From positions 1-58,950 of the forward strand of contig SXSK01000417.1 of the NCBI GenBank assembly GCA_005793375.1: 58,950 nt of DNA, written 5' to 3'. The notes beneath the pieces are model-generated. The model was not told the DNA's origin. It saw only the letters and a list, made by a program, of their open reading frames with translations, and did no database searches. This document shows positions 1-8,200 of the stretch, in pieces (the first letter of the stretch is position 1; each line of letters opens with the position of its first letter). The translations under genes and the position numbers were made by a program. Origin of the DNA: Verrucomicrobiales bacterium (GTDB lineage: Bacteria > Verrucomicrobiota > Verrucomicrobiia > Limisphaerales > UBA9464).

Positions 1-335
1 CCAATCCGCTTCAACACCAACTGAAAACACCGGCAGGCCAGGTTGGCGCACGACACTCCTGGACGTAGCAGAAAGCGGGAAAGACAGAGGACCTTCGATC
101 GGTTTTGTTCCAGGGCCGCAGAGTCCCAACCGATCCAGGAATCTCGAGCCGAGAGATAAAAGGAGGCCGGTCCGAACCCAAAGGCCCCGATGGCCTCTTC
201 ACCCGCAAAAATCAAATAGCGCAGTTGAGCGCCCACCAACGGAGCTCCGCGCAGCGGATGCTCTCGGCTGATGAGTCGTCCGATGCCAACGTTGGCGGAA
301 CTGACACACTCGCGACCCTTTTTAGCGGCAAAGAT

Positions 336-401
336 GAGAGCGGGCTGCCGCACTCCAAAAAACACGGCAACTTTTGGAGTGCAGGGCCCTCCACCGCTTT
401 T
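336..401. repeat. REP-like palindromic repeat, inverted doublet
   Basis: GCACTCCAAAA (350-360) and TTTTGGAGTGC (372-382) form a perfect 11-bp inverted repeat; both arms resemble the copy at 46170-46200. Confidence 0.65.
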
Positions 402-520
402 GGGGAATTGCAGGGACGACCGATCTCCAAAATTCCCACAATTCGGAGATGCGCCCCTATTGATGTATCCGGCACACCATCCATTGCCTAACGCACCAGT
501 TTAAGGTTTGATGAGGGCAC

Positions 521-3500
521 ATGCAATTCCGCAAAACCGCATTGATCGCCGCAGTGGTAGGCACGTGTGTCGCCGCGCCATTGTGCCTGACCACTTATCG
601 GGCTGCCGCCGCAGACAGTGCCGACGCTGCCAAGAAACGGCCGCACGCCCCCACGGCAGAGCCCGCTGCTGCCAACTCAAGTCGTTCACAATCCGTCAGC
701 AAACCCTCCGCGGGTGAACGGGTGGTCTTCCTGGGCAATGGCCTCGCTGAGCGGGATGTCTATTACAGTTGGCTCGAGACCGAACTTCACTTGAGGTTTC
801 CGCAGGAACAATTGCTTGTCCGAAACATGGGGCGACCCGGTGATACCCCAGGGTTTCGCCCGCACCCGTCCCGCGTCTCTCAGTGGGCTTTTCCTGGGGC
901 CGAAAAATTCCATCCCGAACTGTCCTCGCACAATGGCAAAGGATTCTTCTCAACGCCGGACCAATGGCTGACACATCTGAAGGCAGACACTATTGTGGCT
1001 TTCTTCGGGTACAATGAATCCTTCGACGGGCCATCACGTGTGGCCAACTACGAAGCCGAATTGGACGCCTTCGTTCGCCACACACTGAGCAAAGCGTATA
1101 ATGGCCAAGCGGCACCGCGATTGGTGTTGGTGTCGCCGATTGCCTTTGAGGATCTTTCGGGCAAACGCGATCTGCCCAATGGCCGTACGGAGAATGCGAA
1201 TCTTGCCCTTTATACCGAGGCCATGCGCAAGGTAGCCGCAGTGCACTCCTTAACCTTCGTGGATCTATTCGCGCCCACACAGGCACGTTACGCGAACAAA
1301 TCCAAACCTGCACTGACGATCAATGGGTTCGCGCCCACGCCAGAAGGTTATCAGGAACTGGCCGTGCTGCTCGCGGACAACCTGTATGGCAAAACCCCTC
1401 GTCAATCCCCCGCAAGTCCTTCGCTGCTCAATGGTGCCGTGAAAGACAAAGATTTCTTCTGGAACAATGACTACAACCTCGTCAACGGCGTCCACACACA
1501 CGGACAGCGCTACGATCCATACGGTCCCCAAAACTATCCGTCTGAAATCCAAAAGACCCGGCAAATGATGAGCCTGCGCGACGCGCTCATTCATGACCTG
1601 GGGCGAGGCATTAAGAAGGACCTGGCGGTTGACGATTCATCGACTCTGCCATTGCCCGCCGTTCCCTCCAATTTCAATCGCTCAGTGACCTATCTCGACG
1701 GTGCCAAGGCCATTGAAAGCTTCACGATGGCACCTGGGTACAAGGTGGAATTGTTTGCCTCCGAGCAAGAGTTCCCTGAAATGAGAAATCCGGTGCAGAT
1801 GGCCTTCGATAACCGGGGGCGTCTGTGGGTCGCGGTCATGCCGGGTTACCCGCACTATCGGCCGGGAGACGCGCGTCCCAATGATAAACTCATCATCTTG
1901 GAAGACACCGACAACAATGGGCGTGCCGATAAGGTGACGACCTTTGCCGATGGACTGCACCTGCCGATTGGATTCGAACTCTCACCTGAAGGTGTCTACC
2001 TCTCGCAGGAACCCAACCTGTGTCTTCTGGTGGACGACAATCATGATGATAAAGCCGATCGATTGGAAATTTTGATGCACGGCTTTGATACCCACGACAC
2101 GCACCACGCCATTTCGGCATACTGCGCCGACGCTTCGGGCGCTTTCTACCTTTCAGAAGGTCGATTCCTCCACAGCCAAGTCGAAACGCCCTATGGTCCG
2201 CGCCGTGTCAATGACGGTGGCGTCTGGCGTTTTGATCCCAAGGCGTTCCGGCTCGAGCGTTACAGCCAGCTCGACATCAATAACCCATGGGGATTCGCCT
2301 TTGACTACTGGGAACAGGGCTTCATCTCGGACGCCTCCAGCGGCGATAATTTCTGGGGATTGCCGGTGTCCGCCAAGATGCCTTATGGCGTCGAGATCGA
2401 CAAAGTGGGAACGTTCGTCCCCAAACGTTCTCGTCCCACGTCCGGTTCGGAATTTGTCTCATCCCGCCATTTCCCCGACGAGGTTCAAGGACACTTCATG
2501 ACCTGCAACAGCATTGGATTCCTCGGGCTCAATTTCAGTTCGGTCGCTGAAGACGGCTCTGGATTCACGGGTAAATTGGCTGGCGATCTCTTGAGCTCCA
2601 GCGACCCAAATTTTCGGCCTGTGGATTTGGAGTTTGCGCCGGATGGATCTTTGTACTTAATCGACTGGCACAATGCGCTGATCGGTCACATGCAACACAA
2701 TGCGCGCGATCCGAAACGGGATCAAGATCACGGCCGCGTGTATCGGATCACCTACCCGGGGCGTCCGTTGGTAACGCCCGCCAAGGTCGCTGGAGCCAAG
2801 GTTGCGGAGTTGTTGGAGAATCTGAAATTGCCGGAGTATCGAACCCGCTATCGCACGCGCCGCGAGCTGCGCGCCCACCCCCCCTCCGAGGTGTTGCCAG
2901 CGGTCCGCACCTGGGCCGCCCGACTGGATCGCAAAGACCCGCAATACGAACATCATCTTTGCGAAGCGCTGTGGGCGACCTGGGCTCAACATCGTCCCGA
3001 TGCCACTCTGCTCCAGCAATGCCTAAATGCCCGTTCTCACCAAGCTCGTTCGGCAGCCGTGAGTGTGTTGCGCTATTCAGCCCACCAGATCCCGAACGCC
3101 CTAGCGCTCTTCAAACAGGCGGCCAACGATACCCATGCACGTGTCCGGTTGGAAGCCATTGTCGCTGCCTCCTGGCTCGACAATGCCGACGGTGTTCGAA
3201 TCATCTTCGAAGCAATGCGCTATCCGCTGGATCGCTGGATGGCGACCGTCACGAAGCAGATTCTCCAGCACACGCTCCAGGATGATATCGAGTCCCTAAA
3301 ATCCAAAGGATCGTTGAGCCTGGCCGACAATCCCAATGCCCGCGATTACGTTGACGGCAAGTACAAGTTTGGGGCTGCGCCCGTCACCGCCGAAAACCAA
3401 AGCTATGGTCCAACCCGCAAGCTAAACGCGGACGAACTAGCGATCTATGCCAAAGGCCGCGAAGTTTTTCATCGCGACGCCCATTGTGCGACGTGTCACC

Positions 3501-3904
3501 AGCCGAACGGAAATGGTTTGCCCAATATTTACCCACCATTGAGCGGCTTCAAGAACCCCTGGCTCGCCAACGACGACCGCCTAATTAAGCTAGTGCTCAA
3601 AGGCCTTTGGGGCCCAATGCAACTCAATGGGCAGAATTTCTCCCCGACTAACGGTGTGCCTCCCATGCTTGGGTTTGCTGGAATGTTGACCGATGAGGAA
3701 ATTGCGGCGGCCATTACTTACGTTCGACAATCCTTCGGCAACGATCTGCCAGCCATCAAGCCAGCGCAAGTCGCCAAATGGCGAGCCAAGACCAAGGATC
3801 GGACAGATTTCTACATGATCGAAGAGCTCATGAAGGAGCATCCCATCCGCGGGTGGGAAAAGTGGGGCAAAATGCCCAAACCGACATCGCCGGTTTACGA
3901 GTGA
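521..3904 (+). CDS. PVC-type heme-binding membrane-bound dehydrogenase-domain protein (degenerate SGNH domain, beta-propeller, HEAT repeats, cytochrome c)
   Basis: 1127 aa; signal peptide; VVFLGNGLAE/FFGYNES SGNH-like blocks; NPVQMAFDNRGRLWV and FRPVDLEFAPDGSLYLIDWHN propeller motifs; HEAT-like RVRLEAIVAASW; C-terminal CATCH. Confidence 0.88.
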   Translation: MQFRKTALIAAVVGTCVAAPLCLTTYRAAAADSADAAKKRPHAPTAEPAAANSSRSQSVSKPSAGERVVFLGNGLAERDVYYSWLETELHLRFPQEQLLVRNMGRPGDTPGFRPHPSRVSQWAFPGAEKFHPELSSHNGKGFFSTPDQWLTHLKADTIVAFFGYNESFDGPSRVANYEAELDAFVRHTLSKAYNGQAAPRLVLVSPIAFEDLSGKRDLPNGRTENANLALYTEAMRKVAAVHSLTFVDLFAPTQARYANKSKPALTINGFAPTPEGYQELAVLLADNLYGKTPRQSPASPSLLNGAVKDKDFFWNNDYNLVNGVHTHGQRYDPYGPQNYPSEIQKTRQMMSLRDALIHDLGRGIKKDLAVDDSSTLPLPAVPSNFNRSVTYLDGAKAIESFTMAPGYKVELFASEQEFPEMRNPVQMAFDNRGRLWVAVMPGYPHYRPGDARPNDKLIILEDTDNNGRADKVTTFADGLHLPIGFELSPEGVYLSQEPNLCLLVDDNHDDKADRLEILMHGFDTHDTHHAISAYCADASGAFYLSEGRFLHSQVETPYGPRRVNDGGVWRFDPKAFRLERYSQLDINNPWGFAFDYWEQGFISDASSGDNFWGLPVSAKMPYGVEIDKVGTFVPKRSRPTSGSEFVSSRHFPDEVQGHFMTCNSIGFLGLNFSSVAEDGSGFTGKLAGDLLSSSDPNFRPVDLEFAPDGSLYLIDWHNALIGHMQHNARDPKRDQDHGRVYRITYPGRPLVTPAKVAGAKVAELLENLKLPEYRTRYRTRRELRAHPPSEVLPAVRTWAARLDRKDPQYEHHLCEALWATWAQHRPDATLLQQCLNARSHQARSAAVSVLRYSAHQIPNALALFKQAANDTHARVRLEAIVAASWLDNADGVRIIFEAMRYPLDRWMATVTKQILQHTLQDDIESLKSKGSLSLADNPNARDYVDGKYKFGAAPVTAENQSYGPTRKLNADELAIYAKGREVFHRDAHCATCHQPNGNGLPNIYPPLSGFKNPWLANDDRLIKLVLKGLWGPMQLNGQNFSPTNGVPPMLGFAGMLTDEEIAAAITYVRQSFGNDLPAIKPAQVAKWRAKTKDRTDFYMIEELMKEHPIRGWEKWGKMPKPTSPVYE

Positions 3905-4012
3905 GACGCCCCCCTGCAACACGGTCTTCTGAGTGAACTCCGGGCGAAGCCGTAGATTTTCAGAGCGCGCGCGGCCTGCTGCCGCGCGCTACCCCCTGAA
4001 TTACTAATTCCT

Positions 4013-5191
4013 ATGCCGAAAACCGCGGACCGTCTCACCGGATTCACCGAATCTGTCATACGGGCAATGACACGTCTTTGTGCCCGTCACGGCGCGATCA
4101 ATCTCTCACAAGGTTTTCCGGATTTCGACCCACCGGAACCGCTTCTAGTCGCCCTCGAGAAGGCTGTTCGCGGACCTTTTCACCAATATGCGGTCACCTG
4201 GGGTGCGCCGGCTTTTCGGGAAGCATTGGCGCGCAAAATCACTCGGTTCAGTGGGATGCCGGTAGATCCCGAGCAACACCTAGTCGTCACCTGTGGCAGT
4301 ACCGAGGCCATGATGGCAGCGATGATGACCGCCTGCAATCCCGGTGACCGCGTCATCGTCTTCTCCCCCTTCTATGAGAATTATTCCGCCGATGCGATTC
4401 TCTCGGGTGCTCAGCCGATCTACGTTCCGTTACATGCGCCCGATTTTCGATACGATTCCATCGAACTCAAACGTGCTTTCGAACAGAAGCCCAAAGCGAT
4501 CATTGTCTGCAATCCATCCAATCCCACCGGCAAGGTCTTCACTCGGGCTGAATTGATGGAGATTCAATCCTTGGCGGAGCAGTACGATACATTCGTTATT
4601 ACGGATGAACCCTACGAACACATTGTCTACGGGCCGCATCGCCATGAGTACGCTGCGGCGTTACCCGGTGCAGCCGAGCGGACCATCGTGTGCAATTCCC
4701 TGTCCAAAACCTATTCCATCACCGGTTGGCGATTGGGTTACATCCAATCCTCGCCAACAGTCATTGCACAGGCTCGAAAAGTTCACGACTTCCTGACAGT
4801 TGGAGCCGCTGCCCCATTGCAGCAAGCGGCGGTGACGGCACTCCAATTTCCCGACAGCTACTACGCCGACCTGCAAGGGCTTTATACGAAGAAGCGCGAC
4901 CTGTTTCTCAGCTATTTGCGTCGACTCGGACTGCCGTTTACTGAGCCCCAGGGCGCCTACTACGTCATGCTCGACATCTCGTCGCTGGGTTTTACGCGGG
5001 ATACCGACGCGGCGGAATGGTTCGTGCGCGATGTCGGTGTCGCAGGGGTGCCTGGGTCAAGTTTCTTCCGCGAACTGGAGCAGCGGTTCATTCGTTTCCA
5101 CTTCGCAAAAAACGAGAACACACTGCAAGCCGCCGGGGAGCGACTGATCCAAATCGCCGACCCCGCCTGGATGCGCGCCCACGGCCGTTAA
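4013..5191 (+). CDS. PLP-dependent aminotransferase class I/II (YbdL/KAT-like)
   Basis: AINLSQGFPDF, NPSNPTGKVF, DEPY, SLSKTYSITGWRLG (PLP lysine). Confidence 0.92.
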   Translation: MPKTADRLTGFTESVIRAMTRLCARHGAINLSQGFPDFDPPEPLLVALEKAVRGPFHQYAVTWGAPAFREALARKITRFSGMPVDPEQHLVVTCGSTEAMMAAMMTACNPGDRVIVFSPFYENYSADAILSGAQPIYVPLHAPDFRYDSIELKRAFEQKPKAIIVCNPSNPTGKVFTRAELMEIQSLAEQYDTFVITDEPYEHIVYGPHRHEYAAALPGAAERTIVCNSLSKTYSITGWRLGYIQSSPTVIAQARKVHDFLTVGAAAPLQQAAVTALQFPDSYYADLQGLYTKKRDLFLSYLRRLGLPFTEPQGAYYVMLDISSLGFTRDTDAAEWFVRDVGVAGVPGSSFFRELEQRFIRFHFAKNENTLQAAGERLIQIADPAWMRAHGR

Positions 5192-5210
5192 AAGAACACT
5201 TCGAACCTAA

Positions 5211-5247
5211 GAGAAGCCGATGGCACACGAGGCACCACCGGCTTCTC
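5211..5247. terminator. Stem-loop between convergent genes, possible terminator
   Basis: GAGAAGCCG (5211-5219) pairs with CGGCTTCTC (5239-5247); no clear U tract. Confidence 0.4.
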
Positions 5248-5299
5248 CGTTGGCTCACCAACTGTAGACCACCCAACAACCAAACCCCACTCACCCGCC

Positions 5300-8200
5300 T
5301 CATTTCCTCCGGGAAATTCGATAGAACCGTTGGCGGCTCTCGTTGGCATCGGAATCATGATGCACCTGGCAATCCGTCCCTGGAGCCATGGTTCCCACGC
5401 GATGCCAAAAATTGAGATCGTCCGAGAACTCCACGTCGCAACCCGCGGCGCCCTCGTCCACAACCAGTAATTGCACCGTGCCATCGACCAAGGGACGCAC
5501 CTGAACAATACGCGGCCCAGCATCGGCGGAAGTGGACGGGAGAGTGTTGGCAACTGAGGAGTTCTGACCGTCGAACGAGGCAATTGCCTTTAGCTGCGGC
5601 GGCAGGACGCCCTGGACGCGGGCGCTGAGCATTCGAGGCTCTTGGTCGAAAAATGGTCCCCAGTGGATGATTCCTCTCACGTTGTCATAGACGCCGTCAT
5701 GGCTTATTTCAGCGACGGCGGCTCCCTCCGGCACGTAAGCCTCCACCGCCTGAGCGCGGACATGATCGCCAGGCAGCGTCCGAAGTGCATACACCGAAGC
5801 GGAAGATCCTGCCAAGGGCTCCAACTTGGCTACCGCAAAACTCTGGCGACCGCGCAACCACACCAGCGCTGTGGCAAGATCCGCTTCAGGAAGATCGAAA
5901 TCCAACGCAACCGTCCGTACCCCGTCCGTGGATTGGTTCACCCAATGCAGCGGGGCTGGTCCCGCCAGTGAATCTACCCGATAGGCTTCTCCCCCTCGCC
6001 AGAGGGCTCCTGCTCGGGTGACGTAATCGATCGGAATCGGGTTGGGACCCACTTCCCAAGACTTGCCCGTTCTCCAGGCAGCGCCGTAAGCAGTGACTTC
6101 ATTGACTCCTAACGACCAGTTTGCGGGGGAATGATCCGCAGGGTGCATATCATCGGCTTCGACGGAGACGGTTTGATCGCCCTGGGTTCGATCGCTCTTG
6201 CCATCGACCGAGATCCATCCCGAAAAGGCCGCTTTGATCGTGAATCCCTTGGACGGCAGGACGTCATAGCGAAGCACCCGATGCTGACCATCCAAGAACG
6301 GACCAAACTTAATCGCGCCCTTGGAGGCATCCCAACTGCCACCGTCACTGATGTTGCTGACCGTCCACCCCTTGGGCGGATATTCCTCGACAGCGTATCC
6401 TTGGGCATCTGAAGGCAGCGTCGCGGCGAGTGAAACACCGAAGTTTTTTCCAGGTTGATAGGCCTTCGGCAAGTGGCGCACCAAAATCGGTTGTGCCGTC
6501 GAGGCACCGACGCTCACTCGAATGGTCGCAAAGAGCACCGGCTTCCCAGCACCATCCCGCGTCGCGGCCTGGACTTTGTACTCACCAGGCTTGGCATTCT
6601 TCCACTGAAACTGAAAGCGAATGGGCGTTCCCGGTTTAGGCTCACATCCCAGGCCGGCACATATTACCAACCAGTCGGTTCCCAATAGCTCTCCGTTCGC
6701 GAGAAAATCCATCTGGCCAAAGTACCCAGCAGGATCGATTGCCTGAACCTGCAACGAAATATCCTGCCCGAACTTGAATTTGGCCCCGTCTTGGGGAGCC
6801 AGGAATGTCACCAGCGGCTCGGTAGGTTGCTGAGCATCGTGGATAACGACGCGTGCCGCGCCGGGAGCGCCGACCGAATAGGCCTCGGACGACTTCAGCG
6901 TAAACTCGACGTATTCATCCCCTTCAACCTCCTCGTCGGTGATCGGGGACACAAATACGACGCGTTCCTGTTCGCCGCCGGCAATAGTCACATCGCCATC
7001 CAGGAATCCATAATCGCGTCCATTTTTGGCTGAACCGCCCACCGTGTAACGCACCTTCAGAGAATGATCCGTACTCCCGGTCCGCTTCAGGATCAGCGTC
7101 GCCGGAATCAGGGCTCGTTTGCTGCCTGGCGGGACTTCATGCGTCTCGGCCACACCCGCAGTCACCGTGACGACGGGGCGAGCATTGACCCCTCTCACCA
7201 CCACCAACACCGCCCGGGACACCACGCGCTTCAGCGCCGCGTCAACCCCCACAGCAAACACCTTGTGCTCGCCCAACGGTGGATTCTTCCAATGGAATTC
7301 ATGCTGCAGCGGCATTCCTGGGTCCGGAGGACGGATAAACACGATGTTACTGTCGCCAATCTTCTCGCCATTCCCATACCAATCCAGATGGGTCATGGTA
7401 CCCATGGGATCCAACGTATCGGCTCTAAAGACAATCGCCTCCGGTCTTTCAAAAGTCGCGCCACTCTTCGGTTCAATGATCGTTACGAACGCTTCCTTGG
7501 CAGGCTTGGATTCATTATCTAGAATCACCAGCTTGGCGGCAGCCATGGCTCCTTGGATCAAATAGTTGGGTACCGCCGAATCCGAACAAACCAAACTCAC
7601 GACGATGGTTTCATCCCCTTCCACCAAGGTATCGTCGATGGGAGTGGAGGTCAGCCGAGTGGTGGATTCGCCGGGCGCAAAAACAGCGGATTTGGGAAAG
7701 TCTCTATAGTCTTTACCGGGCGTGGCGCTGCCAGATGTTTGAAACAGGACCTCCAGTGATTTCTTAAGATCACCGCCTTTGCGGGTTAAAACTATTTCGA
7801 TTGCGGGACAAAAAGCATTGGGGGGGCAGAGTTCCGGAACATTCGCTGAACTTCGAATTTGGACCGTAGGCAAGGATTCCGCCATGGACGCGCTCCCATC
7901 CAGGATTTTGATTTTGGCGGCAGCCAGATCCGGTGCGATTTCATAGCGAGCGATGGGCCCCATGGATGCGTCTGGAAGGATTTCCACTGTCACGGTTTCA
8001 TTCTCTTCGATCATACAATCAGTGAATGAATACAGCCGAACGGTGGTGCTCCTGCTACCGGCCGCAAACTGAATGGTCTTCGGAAGGGACTCGAATTCGG
8101 ACAATCCAAAATCCTCAATCCAGGTGGCGGAACCGCCCCATTGGACGGGTATGACGAGAGGCTCGGCCAAACGAGCATCACTTCGTTCGAAGGTGATCTC

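Noticed and set aside
11..504. Short ORFs upstream of the first gene
   Set aside because: Overlapping in several frames, no motifs, and they span the REP-like repeat
3967..3989. 9-bp GC hairpin before the aminotransferase gene
   Set aside because: No U tract or riboswitch consensus; function cannot be supported
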